Below, piece by piece: positions 8,588 through 16,871 of a stretch of 64,000 nt of DNA. Origin of the DNA: Nostoc sp. (GTDB taxonomy: Bacteria; Cyanobacteriota; Cyanobacteriia; Cyanobacteriales; Nostocaceae); assembly GCA_036918135.1 (NCBI GenBank), contig JBALDB010000038.1:96001-160000 (forward strand), written 5' to 3'. The position numbers and the translations under genes were made by a program. How positions within the stretch are numbered: position 1 is the first letter of the stretch; each line of letters starts with the position of its first letter. Under the pieces are notes generated by a model. The model made no database searches. It was not told the origin of the DNA and worked only from the letters and a program-made list of their open reading frames with translations.

Positions 8588-11500
8588 TTATATTGACTGT
8601 TTTCGCCAGTTGTGCTTTAAAAACTTTGTCTGCAACGATTCCATGTAGGTGTAGAAAACGGGGGTTAAATAAAGTGTCAAGAACTGCGAGAACAGTAACC
8701 CGCCAACTACTGCCAAACCAAGGGGACGGCGTGTATCTGCTCCGGCTCCCAAACCAAGGGCGATGGGTAATGTGCCCATCAGCGCTGCCATTGTAGTCAT
8801 CATGATTGGGCGGAACCTCACCAAACAGGCTTGATAAATCGCATCATAAGGAGTTTTGCCATTTTGACGGGCTTCAATTGCAAAGTCAACCATCATAATC
8901 CCGTTTTTCTTGACAATGCCAACCAGCAAAATGATGCCCACGAAGGCGTAAATATTCAAGTCAACTTGAAATAGCAACAAAGTCAGCAGTGCCCCAAATC
9001 CAGCCGAGGGTAGGCTAGAAAGAATAGTCAGCGGGTGAATGAAGTTCTCGTAGAGAATTCCCAACACGATATAAATTACCAAAATGGCAACCAGGAGTAA
9101 TATTCCTAAACCTTGAATTGAAGACTGGAAAGCTTGCGCTGAACCCCGAAAGCCTGTACTAATGGTAGCTGGTAGCGTTTCACGAGCAAGTTGTTCAATT
9201 TTTCCAGTGACATTACCTAGTGAGATTCCTGGTTTGAGATTAAAAGAAAAGGTGACGGAGGCTAGCTGCCCTTGATGGTTAATGGTCAGCGGCCCCACAT
9301 CTTTGGTCAAAGTGGCTACAGCGTTGAGAGGTACAAGTTGTCCACTGGGGGCGCGAACTGAGAGCAAATCTAGACCGCTGGAATTTTGCTGATATCTTGG
9401 TTCCACGCCCATAATCACTTGATACTGGCTATCAGAGGCGTAGATGGTGGAAACTTGGCGAGTACCATAGGCATTACTCAGAGCAGTTTCGATTTGATTG
9501 GCAGTCAAACCGAGAGATGAAGCTTGGTCGCGGTTGATATTTACTTCAACTTGAGGATTTTTAATTTGTAGGTCACTGTTGACATCTTGCAAATCTGACA
9601 GGGTACGGAGTTTATTTTCTAGAAGTGGGGCGTACTGGTAAAGCTCTTGAATATTGGGACTTTGGAGAGTGAATTGATACTGGGCTTTTGTCTGTTGTCC
9701 GCCGATATTAATGGCGGGGGGGTTTTGCAAGAACACCTTGATTCCAGGCACACTTGATAACTTGGGTCGAAGTTTCTCGACTATTTGATCGGCACTGAGA
9801 TGGCGCTCATGGGTAGGCTTGAGTTCGATTAAAAGTCGTCCACTGTTTGCAGAACCATTTGGGCCACCAGCCCCGACACTGGAGTTGATGGAATCGACAT
9901 TCGGATCGTGATAAGCGATCGCAGCTACAGCCTGTTGATGCTTTACCATTTCATCAAAGGAGATATCCTCTGATGCTTGAGTGGTTGCAGTAATTTGTCC
10001 AACATCAGCGTTGGGAACAAATCCCTTTGGCACAACCGTAAATAAATACACCGTTGCTAAAAGAATCGCTCCGGAAATCACCATCGTTGTTCGGTGATAC
10101 TTCAGCGATTTCTTCAAACTCCAATCGTATCCCCGCAACAACGAATTAAAGAAGCTTTCCGAAATATTATACAAACGAGTCTGAAAATTTTGGATTTTAG
10201 ATTTTCGATTTGGGATTTGGGCATCGGGCATTTCTACCCCTGCCTCCCCTGCCTCCCCTACTTCCTGACTCTCTCCCTGATGATGAGGTGGACGCAAGAA
10301 TCTGGAACACAGCATTGGGGTTAAGCTCAGGGAAATTACGCCAGAAACCAAGATGGCAACGCTGATGGTAATAGCAAACTCACGGAACAGTCGCCCCAGA
10401 ATGCCTTCCATGAACAGTACGGGGATAAATACTGCTACCAAGGAAATGGTCATAGATAAAATTGTAAAACCAATTTCTCTAGAACCATTTAGAGATGCTT
10501 CTAAGCGGCTCTCACCCATCTCCATGTGGCGGACAATATTTTCTAGCATGACTACGGCATCATCCACCACGAAACCCACTGATAAAGTTAATGCCATCAG
10601 CGAGAGATTATCGAGTGAAAAGCCCAGCACTAACATCACTGCAAAGGTCGCTACGATTGATAGCGGTACTGCCAGACTGGGAATGACTGTAGCCGAGATG
10701 TTGCGAAGAAACAGAAAGATTACCAGTACTACCAAAGCGATGGTGAGCAACAGCGTGAATTGTACATCATCTACCGATTCGCGAATTGATTGGGAGCGAT
10801 CGTAGAGAATATTCATGTTCACAGCTGCCGGAATCTCTTTTTGGAAGTTAGGCAGCAGTTTTTTAATTGCATCCACCACTTGGACAGTATTAGTTCCCGG
10901 TTGGCGCTGAATAGCCAGAACGATCGCCCGCACGCCAGAATTTTGGATTTGGGATTTTTGATTTGGGATTGAGGTCTTCTCCGCTGCTTTTGCTGCTGTT
11001 TGGCTCCCCTGCTCCCTATTTCCCTTCTTCGTAGGAAAATACCAACTGGCAATCTTGTCATTTTCCACGCTGTCTAGCACTTGACCGAGTTCACCTAACT
11101 GCACAGGTGCGCCGTTTTGATAAGCTACAGTTAAAGAGCGATAACTAGCGGCATCGTTGAGTTGACCGTTTGCTTGAATTGTATAATTCTGCTGTTGCCC
11201 GTAAAGCGTGCCCGTTGGTAAGTTGACATTGCCGTTAGCGATCGCATCAGCCACTTCATCGATTCCTATGCCTTTAACACTCAATGATTCTGGGTCAAGC
11301 TGAACCCGTACAGCATACTTTTGCGAGCCGTACACCTGTACTTGCGCTACCCCATCCACCATCGATAGACGTTGTGCCAACAGCGTTTCGGCATACTTAT
11401 CTACAGTTGACAGTGGCAAAATAGATGAATTTAAAGAGATATAGAGGACTGGTTGATCTGCTGGATTTACCTTGCGGAAAGAAGGAGGACTGGGCATATT

Positions 11501-11863
11501 AGTCGGCAACTGCCTCGCTGCTTTAGAAATAGCAGACTGTACATCTTGTGCTGCCCCGTCAATATCCCGATTCAGGTCAAATTGCAGCGTAATTTGGGCA
11601 CTACCTAAAGAGCTGGTAGAGTTCATTGAACTCAATCCGGCTATGCTAGAAAATTGCTCCTCTAAAGGAGTTGCAACCGAAGAAGCCATCGTTTCTGGAC
11701 TGGCTCCGGGCAAACTAGCCGTTACCTGGAGCGTTGGATAATCCACATTGGGCAAGTCACTAACAGGTAACTGTTGGTAACTCATCAGCCCAAATATTAA
11801 GATGCCAATCATCACTAGGGTTGTCATGATTGGACGGCGGATGAATAGCTGGGAAATGTTCAT
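8588..11863 (-). CDS. RND efflux permease (AcrB/MdtBC family)
   Basis: FIRRPIMTTL, GFVVDDAVVMLENI, GIVKKNGIMMVDFA and RFRPIMMTT. Confidence 0.95.
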   Translation of the reverse strand: MNISQLFIRRPIMTTLVMIGILIFGLMSYQQLPVSDLPNVDYPTLQVTASLPGASPETMASSVATPLEEQFSSIAGLSSMNSTSSLGSAQITLQFDLNRDIDGAAQDVQSAISKAARQLPTNMPSPPSFRKVNPADQPVLYISLNSSILPLSTVDKYAETLLAQRLSMVDGVAQVQVYGSQKYAVRVQLDPESLSVKGIGIDEVADAIANGNVNLPTGTLYGQQQNYTIQANGQLNDAASYRSLTVAYQNGAPVQLGELGQVLDSVENDKIASWYFPTKKGNREQGSQTAAKAAEKTSIPNQKSQIQNSGVRAIVLAIQRQPGTNTVQVVDAIKKLLPNFQKEIPAAVNMNILYDRSQSIRESVDDVQFTLLLTIALVVLVIFLFLRNISATVIPSLAVPLSIVATFAVMLVLGFSLDNLSLMALTLSVGFVVDDAVVMLENIVRHMEMGESRLEASLNGSREIGFTILSMTISLVAVFIPVLFMEGILGRLFREFAITISVAILVSGVISLSLTPMLCSRFLRPPHHQGESQEVGEAGEAGVEMPDAQIPNRKSKIQNFQTRLYNISESFFNSLLRGYDWSLKKSLKYHRTTMVISGAILLATVYLFTVVPKGFVPNADVGQITATTQASEDISFDEMVKHQQAVAAIAYHDPNVDSINSSVGAGGPNGSANSGRLLIELKPTHERHLSADQIVEKLRPKLSSVPGIKVFLQNPPAINIGGQQTKAQYQFTLQSPNIQELYQYAPLLENKLRTLSDLQDVNSDLQIKNPQVEVNINRDQASSLGLTANQIETALSNAYGTRQVSTIYASDSQYQVIMGVEPRYQQNSSGLDLLSVRAPSGQLVPLNAVATLTKDVGPLTINHQGQLASVTFSFNLKPGISLGNVTGKIEQLARETLPATISTGFRGSAQAFQSSIQGLGILLLVAILVIYIVLGILYENFIHPLTILSSLPSAGFGALLTLLLFQVDLNIYAFVGIILLVGIVKKNGIMMVDFAIEARQNGKTPYDAIYQACLVRFRPIMMTTMAALMGTLPIALGLGAGADTRRPLGLAVVGGLLFSQFLTLYLTPVFYTYMESLQTKFLKHNWRKQSI

Positions 11864-11903
11864 TTTAGTAGAGAGTGGGGAGTGTTGACTGTTGACTGTT
11901 GAC

Positions 11904-12012
11904 TACACTTCTTGCAAAAGTCCTTGTTTACGTTCTCTTCTGTGCGCCTCTGTCTTGAAAAGTTTGTAGACGCTTGTGCGTGAGACAATAAAATATTTAT
12001 GCAAGAGGTCTA
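11904..12012. mobile_element. MITE-like element with TA-bounded imperfect terminal inverted repeats
   Basis: Left end TACACTTCTTGCAAAA versus the reverse complement of the right end TAGACCTCTTGCATAA. It interrupts a (CTGTTGA)n heptamer array. Confidence 0.6.
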
Positions 12013-12028
12013 CTGTTGAAGTGAGAAG

Positions 12029-13447
12029 TTATTCTCCCCTCTGCCCCTCTGCTCCTCTGCTCCCCTGCTCCTCTGCCCCTCTGCTTCCTACTTCCGGTTT
12101 CACCTGTACTGCGGCACCAGGTACTAGATTAAATTGTCCATCGGTGACGATTTGCTCACCTGGTTGCAACCCTTGTTTAATTGCCGTTTCGTTGCCAATG
12201 GTGTCGCCTACGGTAACTGGACGCATTTCTACTGTTTTGTCGGCTTTCACTAAAAAGACAAATTGCCCCTGCTGTCCAGTTTGGATGGCTGGAGAAGGCA
12301 CGGTTATTACATTCGGTTCTTCAGCTAGCTTGAGTACTACATTAACAAACTGACCCGGAACTAAGCGTTCCTCTGCGTTGGCAAAGGTGGCTTTAAGTTG
12401 AATCGTGCCTGTTTGGGTATTGAGTCCGCTATCAACAAAGGTAAGTTCACCCTGTATCGGACGCCCTGTGTCTTTCGGAGGTATGGCGTTGACTTGTAAC
12501 TTGCCGTTATTAGCACTGTACTTCTTCAGGTCTGGCAGCAACCTTTGAGCAATGGAAAAGGTAACGTAAATCGGGTGGATTTGGCTGATGGTAATTAGCG
12601 GATCGGTAGCATTCGCCTGTACCAAATTGCCTTGATTAAGCTTCAGACTACCTGTACGTCCAGTAATTGGTGAGTAGATGGAACTGTAGGAAAGTTGAAC
12701 TTTGGCATTGTCGATCGCCGCTTCATCTGCTGCTACTGCTGCTTTAGCATTTTGCACATCTGCTTCGGCTGCCGCCACTGCTGCTTTGGCATCTGCTACT
12801 CCATTTCGATCTGCGTTCACTGTTGCCCGTTGAGCATCAGCCGTAGTCTGAAACTCATCCGCTTGTTCCTTGCTGATTGCCCCTTTCTGGAGTAAGCTGT
12901 TATATCTTTTCGCCTGGACATCTGCATTTGTAGCTTGAGCAACATCCTTGGCTACATTCGCTTTTGCCTGGTTGACTTGGGCGATCGCTTTAGTCACATT
13001 TGCCTGTGCCTGTTTCACCTGCGCTAAATCTTTGGCTTTAGCAGCATTAGCTTGCATCAGCGCTGCTTGCAGAGAACGGGAATCTATTTTAAATAACAAG
13101 TCTCCTTTTTTCACATTCTGTCCTTGTTGAAAATAAACTCCAAGCAGTTGTCCACTTACCTGTGACTTGACAGATACCGTGGAATATGCTTCCACTGTTC
13201 CTGTAGTCGATAGCTGTATTGGAATAGTCTTTTGAGTCGCAGCGGCAACCACCACGGGCACAGGTCGCTTTTTACCTGCTTTTCCACTTGATTGAGCATC
13301 GCTAGCATTACAAGCAGTACACAAGTAGGTCAAACCTAGCAGCAGTAGCCACAACCGTCCTCTTGGAATTAAGCTGTAAAGACGAGGAATGCTTTGAGCA
13401 ACTAAAGAAAAAGGTTTTATCGTCTTAACGGAGTTTAAACAGCGCAT
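12029..13447 (-). CDS. RND efflux periplasmic adaptor (MdtA-like MFP)
   Basis: GTVEAYSTVSVKSQVSGQL, long Ala-rich hairpin, IYSPITGRTG and TGTIQLKATF; upstream of the RND permease. Confidence 0.93.
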   Translation of the reverse strand: MRCLNSVKTIKPFSLVAQSIPRLYSLIPRGRLWLLLLGLTYLCTACNASDAQSSGKAGKKRPVPVVVAAATQKTIPIQLSTTGTVEAYSTVSVKSQVSGQLLGVYFQQGQNVKKGDLLFKIDSRSLQAALMQANAAKAKDLAQVKQAQANVTKAIAQVNQAKANVAKDVAQATNADVQAKRYNSLLQKGAISKEQADEFQTTADAQRATVNADRNGVADAKAAVAAAEADVQNAKAAVAADEAAIDNAKVQLSYSSIYSPITGRTGSLKLNQGNLVQANATDPLITISQIHPIYVTFSIAQRLLPDLKKYSANNGKLQVNAIPPKDTGRPIQGELTFVDSGLNTQTGTIQLKATFANAEERLVPGQFVNVVLKLAEEPNVITVPSPAIQTGQQGQFVFLVKADKTVEMRPVTVGDTIGNETAIKQGLQPGEQIVTDGQFNLVPGAAVQVKPEVGSRGAEEQGSRGAEGQRGE

Positions 13448-13871
13448 ATCAACAATCAGGAGAAAGGGAAAGCATACAAAACACGTAGCAGTACAGTGGT
13501 TTTATTAAAGTCAGCCAGAGCTAAACGAGTAGATTAATCGCCTAACCTTAGCAATTTCTGAGAACGAGTCTTACCAAATCCCCAAAGGGTAGAGTTTGTT
13601 GCCTGACATTGCATTTTGTGCAAAATCGTTGCAGTCAATTTTTAGTAGTTCGACTTAATATTAGTTATTCTAAATATTAGCATACTAATAATTATTGATT
13701 TCGCCTAGCTCTTGAGACAGGAATTTATCTGAAACTGTTTTCACTTAGGTAGGAATCTGTTGTGAGATTTGCAGTAAGTAAATGTATTATAAATCGCCGC
13801 TTTTTAAAGTTAATCCGATTGAAATTGGATAAGTCCTCAACTAGTTTCTGATACAGCCGTAGTCACATAAT

Positions 13872-14075
13872 TACAGCAGTTTGCAATTAAGTGAGGTACA
13901 AAACCAAGGACTCAAAAATTAAATTATTCTTCTGCCTCCAGCATAGCCGCCGACACTCTCTACAAGACGCTGCGCGTAGCTTGCTTCTCTGTAAGAGTAC
14001 GCGGACACAGCTTAGCTGCGCTATCCTGCCTCAAAACCAGTGACTTTGTACTTCATCCAAACGAAAACTGCTGTA
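13872..14075. mobile_element. MITE-like element (~32-bp imperfect TIRs) containing a nested SDR
   Basis: TACAGCAGTTTGCAATTAAGTGAGGTACAAA versus the reverse complement of the right end TACAGCAGTTTTCGTTTGGATGAAGTACAAA. Internal ctctctacaagacgctgcgcgtagcttgcttc repeat. Confidence 0.7.
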
Positions 14076-14091
14076 TATTGAGGTTTTGGTA

Positions 14092-14781
14092 TTAATTCTT
14101 TAACTTCGCAACCATTTGAGCGCGAGTACAAACATCTAGTTTTTGAAACATCCGCTTGAGTATCTGTTTGACAGCATCACGACTGATATGTAACTTCAAA
14201 GCGATTTCTCGATTGCTGAAACCTTGGGCAACTAATTGGGTAACATCAACTTCTCGTGGTGTTAGACAATTGGCTAAAGATGGAGCGATCGCCAGGCGAA
14301 AAGTTGCTAAACGAACGGATAAATGCTGGCACAGAGAACTCAATTGAATCAGATCGCCATCATTAAAGGCGGGAAGCTCTTTCCCACGCATAAAATAAAT
14401 TCCACCAATTAATCGACCGCTGCCGATTAGCGGTGCAATCATACCATGTTCCATCCCATAGATGCGGAACACAGATTCATATAGTTCGCTCTGATGCCAA
14501 TCCTTGAGAGACTGTACTGATAGAGTATGAACTGGAATTTGATACTCAATCATCTGTTGACTGACTCGATCGCCATTTCGCCCAATTTCCTGATAGCGGT
14601 CGCCAAACGTATCAGGCAATCCCCACAAATCTGACCCAATCACTCGAAAACGGCTATCCAGCAAATCCAATCCCCAAGCAGTAGCTCCGACCAATTCACC
14701 TGCGTACTTCAAGAAGCAAGAACGCAACTGGGCTTCATTGGATGCTGTTGCAATCTTTTCAATCAAAGGAGCAAATTTCAT
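14092..14781 (-). CDS. LuxR-family regulator with N-terminal GAF-like domain
   Basis: C-terminal LTPREVDVTQLVAQGFSNREIALKLHIS HTH; GAF-like MIAPLIGSGRLIGGIYF. Confidence 0.88.
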   Translation of the reverse strand: MKFAPLIEKIATASNEAQLRSCFLKYAGELVGATAWGLDLLDSRFRVIGSDLWGLPDTFGDRYQEIGRNGDRVSQQMIEYQIPVHTLSVQSLKDWHQSELYESVFRIYGMEHGMIAPLIGSGRLIGGIYFMRGKELPAFNDGDLIQLSSLCQHLSVRLATFRLAIAPSLANCLTPREVDVTQLVAQGFSNREIALKLHISRDAVKQILKRMFQKLDVCTRAQMVAKLKN

Positions 14782-14861
14782 AAACTTATACCCAGTTGGG
14801 GACTTGGCTAGCTAGCTGCAAGTTTCTATTTTAGAGAATTGACCCGCAGTTGATATTTTCT

Positions 14862-15362
14862 ATGTCTATCCCCGTTACCACATTTTTTGTTGGACTCAAT
14901 GGCTTGATTGCGTTTGCCCTTTCTTACATTGTCGTAATCGAGCGTACTAGAACTCGCATTTGGCATGGAGTAACTCAAACAGAAGTTATAAACCAGCCAA
15001 ATTATCTAGAAAATCCCAATCCTTGGGCGGCATTTATTGAAAGCTATACTCAAAAATCTCTGCTCACAAAAACTGCTGATGATGGACTTCTTCAGCGTAA
15101 GGTACGTGCCTATGGAAATTTTACAGAATATGTACCTTTAGGACTGCTGTTTGTCATAACTTTGGAGTTGATGCATTCATCGCCTTGGATACTCTGGTTG
15201 ATTGGGAGTGTGCTAACTGTAGGGCGGATTGCTCATGCCTGGGGTTCGATCGCAACTTATGGCCCTTCACCCGGTCGCGCAATCGGATTTTTTCTAACTT
15301 GGTTTGTCTATATTATTGGTGCTAGTGCTTGTATTTACTACGGAATTACTGGGCTTCTCTGA
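14862..15362 (+). CDS. MAPEG family membrane protein
   Basis: RKVRAYGNFTEYVP and GRIAHAWG motifs; four hydrophobic helices; divergent from the LuxR gene. ATG at 14862 preferred to TTG at 14850. Confidence 0.85.
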   Translation: MSIPVTTFFVGLNGLIAFALSYIVVIERTRTRIWHGVTQTEVINQPNYLENPNPWAAFIESYTQKSLLTKTADDGLLQRKVRAYGNFTEYVPLGLLFVITLELMHSSPWILWLIGSVLTVGRIAHAWGSIATYGPSPGRAIGFFLTWFVYIIGASACIYYGITGLL

Positions 15363-15480
15363 TGGTTGCCAGCCGCCCAACACGGCGTTATCGGTTAGAA
15401 TCAAAGGAAATCAGTGTGTTTGAAACCACAACTCCGTGTTGGTTATTCTGCGACAATTTTATATAGTTTAATACTTTGAT

Positions 15481-16353
15481 TCAAGCAGCAAAAATAAAAG
15501 GGGCGGTTTCTAAACCAACCCCTTTTGTTTGTGATATGCTGCGCCCAACGGCTGTTGCTATAAGCTTTAAACTATCAACTAAATCCACCATATCTTCTAA
15601 AGAAAGTGCTTGACGGGCATCAGAAACAGATTTTTCTGGTTCTGGGTGACACTCAATTATTAATCCATCTGCCCCACAAGCGATCGCAGCCTTTGCCAAA
15701 GGTGCTACGAGTTCCCGTTTACCTACGGCATGGGAAGGATCTACAATCACAGGCAGGTGAGTTATTTGTTTGAGTGCTGCTACTGCGCCTAAATCTAGGA
15801 CATTGCGAGTGTAATCATCGAAACTGCGGATACCCCTTTCGCACAACACTACATCAGGATTACCGTGGCTGAGAATATATTCAGCTGCCATCACGAATTC
15901 TTCAATTGTCGCTGCTAAACCGCGCTTGAGCAGTATTGGTTTACCAGCTTGCCCTAAAGCTTTGAGCAAATCGAAGTTTTGCATATTGCGGCTACCAACT
16001 TGAAGCATATCAGCGTGGCTAGCCACTACTTCAATTTGGGAAATTGACATCACCTCGGTGACAACTGGCATATTGTAGTGCGATCGCACCTTCGCTAAAA
16101 TTTCTAATCCTAACTCGCCCATACCTTGGAAAGCATAGGGAGATGTGCGGGGTTTGTAGACACCGCCACGTAAGGCTTGTACTGATGTACGAGATAGCTT
16201 TTGGGCGACTATCTCCATTTGTTCCAAGCTTTCAACGGTACATGGGCCACCGATAATTACTAATTGTTCACCACCAAAAGCGACTTTTTCTGAAAGTTTA
16301 ACGATTGTCCGGTGTTTGGGATGGGATTGTGCGGCAAGTTTAGCGTTAATCAT
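15481..16353 (-). CDS. aroF: 3-deoxy-7-phosphoheptulonate (DAHP) synthase, type I-beta, catalytic barrel only
   Basis: IIGGPCTVES, RGGVYKPRTSPYAFQG, QVGSRNMQNF, LLKRG, CERGIR and DPSHAVG. The likely start is ATG 16353 (MINAKL); the upstream extension in the ORF track runs through a 9-bp repeat. Confidence 0.93.
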   Translation of the reverse strand: MINAKLAAQSHPKHRTIVKLSEKVAFGGEQLVIIGGPCTVESLEQMEIVAQKLSRTSVQALRGGVYKPRTSPYAFQGMGELGLEILAKVRSHYNMPVVTEVMSISQIEVVASHADMLQVGSRNMQNFDLLKALGQAGKPILLKRGLAATIEEFVMAAEYILSHGNPDVVLCERGIRSFDDYTRNVLDLGAVAALKQITHLPVIVDPSHAVGKRELVAPLAKAAIACGADGLIIECHPEPEKSVSDARQALSLEDMVDLVDSLKLIATAVGRSISQTKGVGLETAPFIFAA

Positions 16354-16399
16354 GGTTTTATTGTTCTGAAAAATTAAGTATTGGGGACTAGGGATTAGG

Positions 16400-16444
16400 G
16401 TGTGGGGAGTGTGGGGAGTGTGGGGAGTGTGGGGAGTGTGGGGA
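16400..16444. repeat. (GTGTGGGGA)x5 9-bp tandem repeat
   Basis: Directly visible; it produces the spurious HTP/WGV/GSV repeats in the ORF track. Confidence 0.9.
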
Positions 16445-16518
16445 AGACTCATTCTTCATCCTCCCCATCCTCCCAGACCTCCTTTTTCTCCTACACTCTC
16501 CCCATCTCCTCCACTCAG

Positions 16519-16554
16519 AAAAAAACCCGGAACCTTCCTTCGAGGGGTTCCGGG
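16519..16554 (-). terminator. Attenuator 2 intrinsic terminator
   Basis: Minus strand CCCGGAACC-(CCTCGAAGGAA)-GGTTCCGGG followed by TTTTTTT, about 165 nt upstream of the aroF start. Confidence 0.9.
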
Positions 16555-16583
16555 CGCGTTCTGGCTCATTGGCATGACGCTAT

Positions 16584-16649
16584 TTACCCGGAACCATCTC
16601 TGGGCCAAAAGTAGAAGCCGTAAAACCAACTACCGAAATAAGTCGTCAC
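16584..16649 (-). CDS. Aromatic-rich attenuation leader peptide 2 (MTTYFGSWFYGFYFWPRDGSG, 21 aa)
   Basis: GTG start with AAGGAG Shine-Dalgarno at 16664-16659 (9-nt spacing); 9 of 21 codons are Phe/Tyr/Trp. The last codons GGTTCCGGG (16595-16587) are complementary to the terminator 5' arm. Confidence 0.85.
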   Translation of the reverse strand: MTTYFGSWFYGFYFWPRDGSG

Positions 16650-16664
16650 AATGAAATTCTCCTT

Positions 16665-16699
16665 AAAAAACAAGAACCGCAGAGTTCGCTCTGCGGTTC
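16665..16699 (-). terminator. Attenuator 1 intrinsic terminator
   Basis: Minus strand GAACCGCAGAG-CGAA-CTCTGCGGTTC (perfect 11-bp stem) followed by TTGTTTTTT. Confidence 0.9.
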
Positions 16700-16728
16700 A
16701 CCGGGCGGTTTCCGTGTGGAAACTCGAT

Positions 16729-16785
16729 TCACTCCCGGTGAACCACCCTAAACCAAAAATAAAAGTAGGAATTTGTGTTAAACAT
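16729..16785 (-). CDS. Aromatic-rich attenuation leader peptide 1 (MFNTNSYFYFWFRVVHRE, 18 aa)
   Basis: ATG start with six consecutive aromatic codons YFYFWF. GGTTCACCGGG (16744-16734) pairs perfectly with CCCGGTGAACC (16705-16695), which overlaps the terminator 5' arm. Confidence 0.85.
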   Translation of the reverse strand: MFNTNSYFYFWFRVVHRE

Positions 16786-16842
16786 TTGCGTGCCGCTTTG
16801 ACTGCTAAACCTAACTTAAACTATATAGACCTATCTATAGTA

Positions 16843-16871
16843 ACATTAACAAAAAGAGCTAGTGGTGTCAA
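16843..16871 (-). promoter_or_regulatory. Predicted sigma70-type promoter of the leader-aroF transcript
   Basis: Minus strand TTGACA (16871-16866), 17-nt spacer ending in TGT, then TAATGT (16848-16843) as an extended -10. Predicted TSS about 16836. Confidence 0.65.

Noticed and set aside
16354..16452. N-terminal extension MSLPHTPHTPHT... of DAHP synthase and plus-strand ORFs 16400-16654, 16402-16614 and 16651-16932
   Set aside because: These are products of the 9-bp repeat and antisense reading of the attenuator; the real start is most likely ATG 16353.
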